Source of the DNA: Marsupella aquatica
Lineage: Eukaryota; Plantae; Marchantiophyta
Direction: 5' to 3'
Assembly: GCA_973895155.1 (NCBI GenBank)
Contig: OZ316892.1
Location: 30,667,328 to 30,731,327, forward strand
DNA: 64,000 nucleotides
Under the pieces are notes generated by a model. The model was not told the DNA's origin and did not search any database. It saw only the letters and a list, made by a program, of their open reading frames with translations. This document shows positions 39,251 through 50,025 of this stretch, piece after piece (the first letter of the stretch is position 1; the number at the start of each line of letters is the position of its first letter). A program made the position numbers and the translations under genes.

Positions 39251-39379
39251 TAAAGTGTACATTTAGAGACCAAAAAGTGTACATTTGGGTTTCTTAAAGT
39301 GTACATTTGGGGACATGAAAGTGTACATTTCAAGACTGATTTGTGAACAACAGAAAATACACTTTTAATGAATAGGCTG
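39251..39379. repeat. AAAGTGTACATTT repeats (4 copies), probable subterminal repeats of a DNA transposon
   Basis: Four copies at ~22 bp spacing just before the abrupt junction with gypsy integrase. Confidence 0.7.
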
Positions 39380-39382
39380 ATT

Positions 39383-42174
39383 ATACCTATTCTTCCTCCT
39401 CCTGGTCACAGGTGTAATGGGTCCAATGAAATCAATACCCCACTTCTCAAAAGGCGCTAAAGGTAAAATAAGAGTGAGAGGATGGTTACTTGTCATGGCA
39501 GGTCGGTCTGTCTGTTGGCAAGGATCACATCCCTTCACAAACCCTTGTACATCTTTGTGGAGTGTTGGCCACCAATATCCAGCATCTAGAATTTTCCTAG
39601 AGGTAGTAGCCGCAGCTGCATAGTGTCCACCAGCCTCCTCTTCATGTAGAGCTCTCATCACCACCTGAATTTGTTTTTTCTCCAGGCACCTCCTTAGCCT
39701 TCCGTCTACACCCTCCTTGTGTAAAGCACCTTAAATTACCAATATGTATGGCCTGAGATTCCTCAAAAATACAGCAACAGCTTCTTTCCCCATCTCTCTT
39801 GGTACCCTTGCGGTTTGAAGAAAGTTGATGATTTCCAAGTACCATGTGTCATCCTCAATCTTTACTTGGAACAGGTCCTCATCAGGGAATTGATCATCCA
39901 CCTCAGCCCGATCTGCTGGCCCATCAATCCTTAAGAAAAAATCAGCATTGCCATGACTCTTTCCAGATCTAACTCTTACTTCATAATCAAACTCTTGTAA
40001 AAGCAAGACCCACCTTGCTACCCTACCGGTTACATCAGCCTTGTTCACCATATACTTCAAGGCATTGTGATCAGTATGGAAGATGACTTTGTAACCCAAT
40101 AAATAGTGCCTAAACTTCTTGCATGAGTAGATGATATATACCTAGAGCTTCCCTATCAGTAGGTGAGTAGTTTTTCTCTGCTGGTGCTAGGAGTCTACTT
40201 GCAAAGTAAATTGGATGGTCTCTTCCGTGGTCATCTAATTGGCTTAATACAACACCAATACAAAAACCAGAGACATCCACATATACATGAAACTCTTTAC
40301 TCCAATCAGGTGAGCTAAGAATGGGTGCTTCTGATAATCATTTTTTCAACTCTTTGAAACTAGCCATTCTCTCAACAGTAGGCTCAAACTCTGATCCTCT
40401 CTTTAACATTATAGTCAAGGGTAGGGCTACCTTTGCAAAGTCTTTTATGAACCTCCTGTAGTAGTTCACACAGCCAAGAAAGCCTCTTACCTCAGTCACG
40501 GTAGTAGGAAACATAACTCTTAGCCATACACCAACCTTCTCCTGGTCCACTTCAATCCCCTTCTTGGACACCTTGTGGCCAAGCAGAATACCCTCTTTAA
40601 CTCCAAAGTAACACTTGCCTGGGTGTAACTTCAGTCCAATCTCACGGCACCTCTGAAATGTCATTCTTAGGTTGTCTACATGATCCTCTTTTTTCCCATA
40701 CACCACAAAGTCATCAATGAAAATTTCCAAGAATTTCTTTAGAAAGTCATGAAAAATATTCATCATCAAACGCTGGAACATGCCTGGTGCATTGCATAGA
40801 CCAAAGGGCATCCTCCTAAAGGCAAATACTCCCCATTCCGTGGTGAAGGCGGTCTTGAGCTGGTCTTCCTTCATTATCCATATCTGGTTGTAACCTGAAT
40901 AGCCATCCAAGAAACTATAGATCTCCCATCCACCTACTATGTCAAGTACCATGTCGGTAAAAGGGATAGGGTAATGGTCTTTCTTAGTGGCCTCATTCAA
41001 CTTCCTAAAATCTTGACACACTCTGATTTTTGGTTTTCCATCAGCTCCTGACTTTTTTGGCACAACAACTATAGGTGATACCCATTCACTATGAAGCATA
41101 GGATATATGAAACCAGCCTCCAATAACTTATCAATATCATCTTTCACCATTAATGAATATTTTGGATTTATTCTATATTGCCTTTGGCGAACTGGTCTGG
41201 CTCCCAACATCAAATCAATCCTAATTATGCTCTCCTAGTTCAGGGTTAACTCCAGTGAGATCAATATGACTCCATGCAAACTAAGATATCTACATAGTCA
41301 GCTAGTAGATTTTGAATGGTCTTCTCTTTAGGTGGGCTGAGAGCATACCCCAGATTAAAGTCCTTACCCTCCTTCACTGAAATTTTTATGTATTGCTTGG
41401 ATGTGATCACCTCCATGCGGTTCCTCAAGGTTGGATCCAATGCCTCCTCCAATTGTGCTAGCCTCAAGCCTCCCTGCCAAGGTTCCTCCACTTTCTTCAA
41501 CGGTGTATCCCTGATTAGATTCTTCTTTTTACTGGTCTGGTCCTGACTTGTAAGCTTTTCCTCTAGGTCAATTTTGGCCTTGGCCTCCTTTAATGTAGAG
41601 TTCTCAAGCTCATTATTTTCTTTTGCAGACCCCTCTTTGGTTAGACTTCCCTCCTGGTTGACAATGGTATCTTTCTCTCCAAACACTTCTTCCTCAATCA
41701 ATCTACTCACAAAATCCAGCATAAAAACTTCATTCATCTGATTCTAAGTCGGTGGTAATCTCAGAATCATACTCCTCTTTTTCTAGAGTAGTCTCTCCCT
41801 CATGCTCATCTTGACCCCAAGGTACTGAAATAGACGGCTTTCCAAATCTAAATTCTTTTCTTCCCCAATCAGAAGTCACCTTGGCTCCATAAAGCCATGG
41901 TCTACCAATCAAGACTGGGTAGGTAGAAGGCCTAGCTGGCCTCATTAGCAAATAATTTAGTAAGAATTCTTTACCTCCAATAAGTGTTGGTACCTTGGTG
42001 AGGGTCCCCACTAGCAGCACCCTTGCTCCATTGGCTAACCTCATCGTCTTGGCTGTGTGCTGGAGTTTCTTGAAGCCAAGTTGTTGTGCTGTTGCCTCAA
42101 TCATAATGTTGACTCCCGAGCCTCCATCAACTGGGACATATGAGAGCACACACCCACTTATTTGAATGTCAATT
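39383..42174 (-). pseudogene. Decayed Ty3/Gypsy pol fragment (element D: PR-RT-RH-partial INT)
   Basis: VDGGSG protease, FIDDF RT, TDHNAL RNase H, GH..CDPCQ and WGIDFIGP integrase; stops and frameshifts; truncated at both ends by other elements. Confidence 0.95.
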
Positions 42175-42600
42175 CACTAGTATATTTTGGGGCCTAGTCC
42201 GATTCTCACCTTCCGACGATGCCAAGATTTCCGATTCTATTCTAATTGGATCTACGATCCAACCGTCCAAGCCAAGGCGTATCGGACCTTGCCATTAAAC
42301 TAGAATCGGACTATCACCATTCCAACCCAATCACAAACGGGCCGTCATTACGATGTAGGAAAATTTGGATTGTTTGTCCAAGCCAGAAGCAATTGGACCG
42401 CTTGGTCCGATTCTTCTCCAATGCTAGATGAATTGGAAACCCCTTTCCAAAGAAAAACGTAAGCACGTTTCCAATCAAATTAGAATTGGAAGTTGCCATT
42501 CAATACAAATTGGAAGTTTTTGATGCGCATGGAATTGGATATTCCAAGGTTTTCAGGATTGGACAATTGTTTCCAAGTGATAGGCACTGGGATTCATATT
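42175..42600 (+). mobile_element. Left end of a second CACTA-like element inserted in element D
   Basis: CACTAGTATATTTTGG begins exactly where protease homology stops, followed by CCGATTCT and AATTGGA/TCCAAT repeats. Confidence 0.65.
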
Positions 42601-45600
42601 TGTCGCGTCCCTAACCTGGGCCTTAAATCCAGTTTAGTGCCATGGCGCGACCTTGACCACCAGTAGGGGTGAGGGTTCGGGTAAGGAGGTGTGTAGTGGC
42701 CCCGATTAGCCCTAAGTCGGGCTAAGCCGATATACTTACTGGTATAACGCTTAAGCAATTCGTACTAGTCATAGGTATCTTTTATCTTCCACCGCTGGAA
42801 TCCTCCCTCCGTTAGTGACTCGGACTAACTCCCGGCTTGGGGCTTTTCAAGCCATCGATGCGAAAGAACCTTGTGACATACAATGGGTGGCAATCCCTAC
42901 CATTAGTCCGCACCCGGTACGTCCCTTAAAATGGTGCCTTTTCCCAGACAAAGCATACTCACAACACCAGTTACTTGCGGAAACATTAGAGGGAAAAGAC
43001 TACATTTACTCAGCGAAGCATCAGTTTACATGGTTGACTCGACTTCAAAGGGGGTCAGCAGGCCCAACGGCAGTCGATGCCCAGTCTCTACGAGGCCCCG
43101 CCTCGCACTTGCCCAGCAAGCTCGACTCTGGCTCTCACTCCTTGGTGCGCTCTGACCCTGCTCAGGCCGGGACTCCCCGTGCCTCACCTTTTTTCTGCTG
43201 AGATAACTAAGCCTTCTCCCCTTTCCAAAGCGAAAGGGGAAGCCTAAATACTACAGTTTGCAGAAGAGAACCGGAGGATACTACCTTCCGGGATACTACC
43301 TATTGACTAACTACCTTCTGACTACTGGCCGTGTCGCACTGACTGGTTGACCGTCGACGACAAGGGTGCCGACCAGGATGGCAGCGGCCAAGCCTACTGA
43401 CAAAAATCTAGTCCGTTGATGGACTCCATCCTACGTTGGCTGATCCTAACTGATCCGGCCCTAATTCTTTCTACTGCCGCTAATCGGCGCCTAATGACAA
43501 CCATTCTGTTGTTACACCTAACCAAAAGATGCCGCTGACTTAACTACCTCATGCGGCGCCTGCTTCCACCCTTCGCTAACCACCCCTTAAGTGTGTGCTG
43601 TGGTTGGACCAGGGCTGGTCCCCTTGTCGGGGCGAGACCTCAAGCCGCCTTGATCAGAGGTGGGCCCAGGTTTTCCCCGCTGGAGGACGAGCAGGGTAAC
43701 GCGGTCCTGCAAGGCCTTGTTGTCCCGTACCGCCTCCTCCGCCTCGTTTGCAGCTTCATCGGCCTCGGTCTGGAGCCGCGCTACCTCCAGGTTGAGCTGG
43801 TTAATGGAGTCGCAATGGATCTGGTCCTGCGCCAGCAATTTATCCCGTTCGGCGAAGAGACTAGCCACCTGCTGTGTTGCCTGCAGGAATTGTTTGTTGA
43901 GGTCGGTCAGGCTGGTAACCCAAGCCGAAGATGCTGAGCGTAATTGAAGCACGGTGTTGTCCAGCTTCTTGAGATCTGCTTGTGCTCCGCTTAACTCCTG
44001 GGTTAGTCCGTCCCTCTGTTCGACGGTGCGGACTAACTCCTCACGGCGGGTAGTGGCCTCCTCCTCGAGGTGCTCTACTAGCATCTGGAGGTGCCCGATC
44101 TCATTCCCCTTTGCCATGAGTTCTTCTTCCAAGCGGCTTACGATCCGTGGTTGGTGCTCTAACATGAAGAAGGCTGGTTGAAAGTACGCCGAGACTTGTT
44201 GTCCGATGTACGTCGCCAGCTCCCCAGACATAGTCTGGCTAAACTTCTGGACCAGGTCGTAGGCCATGGTCCCCGGGGCTACTTGGTAGTCCTTCATCCT
44301 CTCGGGTACCGGTGGTTCCTCGGGCGGGGCAACGAGCTCCTCCGTAGTCTGCGCTGGGAAGGGGAAGGTTTCTTCAGGTGGTGGAGGGATTGGGGGTGGT
44401 TGTACTGCGGGTAGCGGAGGCTCGACGGAAGGGGGCGGCGGAATTTCCACAGGAGGAGGTGGCGGAGTATTAGTCGCGGCTTCCGGCTCGGGGTTTGCCT
44501 GAGGGACGGTAGTCCGCGCGCTCGGGGTTGCCTCCTCTGGGGCGGGGGTGACATTAGTTGGGGCTGAGGTGGCCATATTCTTTCCTCTGGCCTCCCTCCG
44601 TGCCTTGTACCAGGCAAGGATAATGGCGATATGACTGCCCAAGTAAGTCTTCCCCCCAATAGCCATACCACCCTGAGCCCGCTTCAGCTCCCCCGAGAAT
44701 CTTTGGTAGAAGAATTGGGCCCAGTTCCGCCGTTTGTACTATTCCACCTGCACGATCGTTCAGAGGGAAATCTCAGATTGTGGCTCAATCATGTGTAGGG
44801 TAGTCCGTATGAAGTTAAGACGCTCCATGCAGATTAAGTTGGTGCACCACCCCTGCTTGTATCCGTTGTCCGTCTTACCCTTGGGTTTGAAGTGTCGTGG
44901 CGTATACTCCTTATCCCGAATTCGGAGTTCAACCGGCACCGGCCGGGGCAGACAGAAGATTTGCGTTAACCGATGCTTCGTGAGTGATAAGGCCTGCCCC
45001 AAAACCTTGGTGGTCGATGTGTCAGTGTCAAAATTGGAGATGAACTCACAAATCTCCTTTGGCCTGGCGGCGCACGGCCTCCATAGCAAGTGAGCAAACT
45101 GCTCCAACTGATGCTCCTTGAGATAGTCCGCGTGTTTGAGTTTCTTGATCGCGATCCAGACTACTTCGGGGACGCGAATTACCTGTAATAAGTTGGACTT
45201 TGGGTTATCTGGGGGCCGTCAGGTCTGGTTGGACGGGGGGTTTGCTGGGGCAAGTGCAGGCGCGGCGTTGGTTTGCATTGTTGATTCGGGGGCCGTCGTC
45301 GTCCTTGGCCGCTTACAAGAACGCTGTTCGAGTTGCGGACTAGCTTGCTCGGAACCTGAGGAACACTCTGTGTTGATCACTGGACGGACTTGGGACCGGT
45401 TTGGCGGTACGCCAGTGGTCATCGGCTGAGGCACTGGTGGTATCGGGGTAGCCATATCCCAGTTGAAGGCGTTGGAGCTTTCCCCGAGGAACGTAAGATT
45501 ACGCGCCGCTTCCCGTTGTCTGTTGATGTCTTCTTGATGCTTTTCGGCTGCGATCTGCTAGTCTAGGTACCCCAGAATCTTGTCGAACTCCGCTTGAGTA

Positions 45601-46450
45601 AGCCGCTGGCTGCCCTTCAGCTTAAAGAACTTCGCTGGGACTTCAAGAATCGCCTCTGCTACCGATCTAAGCCCTTCCTTGCTGAGATATAGTTCGGTGA
45701 TGTAGTCTCGTAGCTCATTGTAGCTGGAATCCCTGGTAATGGCTGTCCTTTTGCAATTAACCAGTGCTACCTTGGTCACCAGCTTCGCGTATCTTCGTTC
45801 GTAAGCGGCTTTCTCGGGACAAGAGTACCAGTAAGTCTCGGAGAACTTAGCACCTACCTTGCCAAACAAGGTCCAGAATCCCAAGGCTGTAAGGGTCATA
45901 CTAACCTCGTAGTCCGGTTCGTTGAGTCCACGTTCCCACCCGGTTGGTCCTTTTTCTCATGGAGGCCTCGCTCGTCCTGACTAAATCTCGCCACATTCCG
46001 CTCTTATCCCTCGATAATCTCCTTGTAAAGGTCGACTTGATTCGATCAAAAAGGCGAGTGAATGGCAACGTCCGCGAATTCCAAAAAGGTGGAAATGAGC
46101 AAATGGCCCCAGCGCCATCGGCTCCTCTCTTATGGGGGTGCCAGGATGAGCCCAAGCGTGAGAAGGCCAGGCCGTTTTGGTCATTGATAATGAGCTGAAG
46201 TCGGTGCCTCGGTCCAAGCGTGATTCTTCTAACTGATTTTTACTCCGCTGCCGCCACCGTACCTCGGTCGCGCGTAATAATCCTCTTTCTGAACTCATAA
46301 TCATTTGGTCATCTTAACCTACTCCTAATCTATTCATAATGGCAACAGACGGCTATACATGCTATTCTACGCTACGGCTACGGTCCTACGTCCGTATAAG
46401 ACCTAATCTACGACCTGGGTTCGGTTAAGTGACACGTTACCCGTGTCACA
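42601..46450 (-). repeat. 3' LTR of element B (3850 bp)
   Basis: TGT...ACA termini; abuts the PPT at 46451; left end shares GGCCTTAA, TGAGGGTTCGGG and CCGGCTT..GGGCTT..AAGCC with solo LTR C. Confidence 0.8.
43587..45960 (-). pseudogene. Disrupted LTR-internal ORF homologous to 50026-52656
   Basis: Collinear fragments FWTLF, HLLWRPC..EFISNFD..IFCLP, DNGY..ERLNF..IEPQSEIS, IGGKTYLGSHIAIILAWY and a C-terminal coiled coil match the 876-aa ORF. Confidence 0.85.
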
Positions 46451-46465
46451 TAGTTCCCCACTCAA
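46451..46465 (-). promoter_or_regulatory. Polypurine tract of element B
   Basis: Minus strand TTGAGTGGGGAACTA|TGTGACAC; context homologous to the PPT region of element A. Confidence 0.75.
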
Positions 46466-46489
46466 GTGTGAAGCGTCCTCGCGAACATC

Positions 46490-49130
46490 ATTACGCTTGT
46501 TGTCCTGGTGAAAGTACCTCTTCACACGGTCGTAACTAACTCGATTGGAAAAGAGGTCGCCGACGTACGTTGATAGCTGGAGGGATCCGTTTGGGTACAT
46601 CTGCTGGACAACGAAAGGTCCTAGCCAGCGTGTGTGTAACTTTCCTGGAAAGTACATGTACCTACTGTCGTACAGAAGGACAAGATCTCCCGTAGTGATG
46701 TCCACCTGGCGTAGTCCCTTGTCGTACTATTTCTTCGTTGCTTCTTGCTTGGCAGTTACGCGTCGCAATGCCCACAATCTCTGTTCTTCTAGACTGTCGA
46801 TCTTATATGCTTGATCGGACGAACTAGCGGCCTCCGGTAACCTATGGCGGATGCGTACCCGCAGGGTCTCGACCTCAAACTCGACGGGTACGAGCACATG
46901 TTGTCCGAATACCAAGAAATACGGACTATGGTTTGTGGTAGTCTTAAACGCCAAGTTGTACAAATAGACCACCGCGAAAAGCTTGTCGTCCCAGTCTGTT
47001 TGTGGGCTGCCACGGTTTTGTTGAGGATTTTCCCTACGATGCCATTAGCCCGGTCTCCTCATCCGTTACATTTGGGGTGATAAGGGGTAGTCTTCCCGTG
47101 CTTGACGAGGTAACGGTCAGTCAGTTTTTCCACCGTTGCGTTCAAAAAATGAGTCCCGCGGTCGCTGACTAATTCCAAGGGAGGTCCAAAGCGGGTGAAG
47201 ATCTATTCGTACAGGAACCTAGCGGTGGTGGCCGTGTCATCCTTGACCGTTGCCCGGGCCTCGACCCATTTAGTCGAGTAGTCGATAGCAAGAAGGATGT
47301 ACCGGCAACGCCGACCTCGGGTTACAGGGGTGAATGGTCCGATATAATCGATGCCCCATTTCTCAAACAGGGCAAGAGGAAAGATCGGGGTAAGAGGATG
47401 ATTACCCGATCTGCGGGGTTTGCCCGCGCGCTGACACAAGTCGCAACCTCGGATAAAATGGGCTACATCGTGATGAAGCGTAGGCCACCAATAACCTGCG
47501 TCCAAGATTTTGTGAGCCGTGGTGACCGGGGCAAAGTGTCCTCCTGCCTCCTCCTCGTGCATAGCTCGCATGACAATGATCGTCTCGTTATAATCTAGGC
47601 ATCTACGGATCTTCCCATCGACGCCTTCCTTATGCAGATGTCCGCGTATCATCATGTATGGTGCGGCCTTGCGCAGAAAGACTGACGCGGCCTCTTGGTT
47701 TATGTTACTTGGAATGCGGGCCGTTAAGAGGAAGGTGATTAGGTCCCCGTACCACGTTGGTTGGTCCGTTTCTACACGGAACAATTCTTCATCAGGGAAT
47801 GCATCATCGACAGGTGCGTCGTCTGATTCCCCTTCAATCCTTGAGAAGAAGTCTGCATTCACGTGTGCTTTCCCTGGTCGCACCCTGACTTCGTAGTCAA
47901 ATTCTTGGAGCAGCAGGACCCAACGGGCTATTCTCCCCGTCAAGTCTGCTTTGTTTACCATGTACTTCAGGCTGTCATGATCAGTATGGAATACTACCTT
48001 ATATCCCAATAGATAATGGCAAAACTTTTTACACAAGTAGATGATTCCCAAGGCCTCCCAATCGGTGGGCGAATAGTTTTTCTCTGCGGCAAACAGTTGT
48101 CGGCTCACAAAGTAAATGGGGTGGTCATGTTTTTCGTCGTCCAGTTGGCTTAGGACTGAGCCGATGCAAAACCCAGACACGTCGACATACACATGGAACT
48201 CCTTGTTCCAATCGGGGGTAGTCAAAATCAGAGCCATAGTTAGCTGTTTTTTTAGTTCGTCAAAGGCTGATTTTCGACGGGGAGTCATTTCTATGACCGC
48301 GTCTTGCTTCATCATTTCTGTGAGGGGTAGGGCTATCTTAGCAAAATCCTGAATGAATCGTCGGTAGTACCCTACGCAGCCTAAGAAGGATCGCACCTCC
48401 TTCTGGTCCGCCGGGTAAGGGACATTCATCCATGCGGCCACCTTTTCTTGGTCCACCTCGATCCCTCGTTTGGATACTCGGTGTCCTAGTAGCACTCCTT
48501 CCGTAACCCCGAAGAAGCATTTGCCCGGGTGTAATTTCAACCCTATTTCTCGGCACCGCTCCAAAGTCCGCCTCAGGTGTTCTGGGTGTTGGGGGATTGT
48601 TCCGAAGATGGCAAAATTGTCTATGAACACCTCCAAAAATTCTCGTAAGAAGTCATGAAAAATATTCATAATGATTCGCTGGAACATAGCCAGGGCATTG
48701 CATAAGCCAAAGGGCATTCGCCTGAACGCGTAGGTTCCCCACTCCGTTATGAACGTGGTTTTGAGCTGGTCCGATAGTCTGATCCAAATCTGGTTATAAC
48801 CCGAATATCCATCTAGGAACGTGTACACCTCATTTCGGGCTACCATGTCAAGGACCATATCCGTGTAAGGAAGCGGGTAATGGTCCTTCCGAGTAGCGTC
48901 GTTGAGCTTCCGATAGTCTTGGCATATTCGAATTTTGGGTTTACCATCAGGCCCTACCTTCTTAGGAACCACCACAATGGGGGACACCCATTCGCTAGAT
49001 AAGACGGGGTAGATTATGTCCGCCGCGATCAGTTGATCTAACTCCTCCTTTACCAAGATGGAATGTCTTGGGTTTAGTCTTCGTTGTCTCTCTTGGACGG
49101 CATGAGCACCCAAGTTTAGATCAATGACGT
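46490..49130 (-). pseudogene. pol (RT-RH-INT) of element B
   Basis: 636-aa ORF with RT (FIDN, mutated), RNase H and INT; downstream stops and frameshift; GPF motif at the end. Confidence 0.95.
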
Positions 49131-50025
49131 TGTCACGTCATCGGCTACGGCCTTAACTCAGACTTCAGCTTAGACGGGCACATCCCTCGTAAATCTGAGG
49201 GTTCGGGCAGGAAGGGAAGCACGTAATGCACCTTATTCTCGTAAACTAGCGCTAAGTGCGCATACTGCTAAATACGGACACCTCCTAGGTATGGTTTGTG
49301 TTCCGCCGCCGGAACGTACCTTAGTCGATAGCAGGATCGACCCCGGCTTAAGGGCTTCTAAGCCTTTGTGCTGTCCGCCTTCGATCCGGATTCAATGATA
49401 CAGGTCCTCAACCCGTGCTCGCAACCACTTACCCGCAGGCTGCACCCTGTGCACGTCTCGGGTAGTGCGTTTGGCCTGGCGCTGCCACCCATATACGAGA
49501 AACCCACACACATACACGCGCACATGCATACAATCTCGATTTACACGAAGGAAAATGATGGGAAAGGATTTTACTACAAAGGGAACATATGCGTACACTT
49601 AGTTGACCCGACAGCCCCGGAATGAACAGGTTCAAGGCCGAGGGTGCACACTACAACGGAGCCCGGCTCCGCACTTGCCCGGCGAGCTTAGTCCTACCCC
49701 CTCCCCTTGGTACTCTTTCATTCCCAGAGGTCGGGACTCCCCGCACATACCGCAGACGCCCAACTCTGCAACTAAAAACCCCCCTGCCTCTACCAAGGGG
49801 TGCACTAAATACTAAGGGCCGAGGGACGGGGTGTCCTCTCGCCAAAGATTCACTGACTAAGGTCTTAACTAAGCTGACAGTCAGGGCGGAAACGACTGTG
49901 TCTTATTAGAAGATCCTGATCTACGCAGGCTGGACAGCATGGCAGCAATGCTGTACCGAAGGCAGGTGCCTGTCCCATGAACCTGACTAAGCTAGTCCTA
50001 ATCCTAATCTATTCCTACTCTGCCG

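Larger units (their letters stand above)
25160..39379. mobile_element. Putative large Sola2-like DNA transposon with cargo genes; ends uncertain
   Basis: Sola2-like transposase; AAGGACT/AGTCCTT motifs recur from ~25258 to ~37935; sharp junction with gypsy integrase at ~39380. No matching TIR pair found. Confidence 0.45.
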
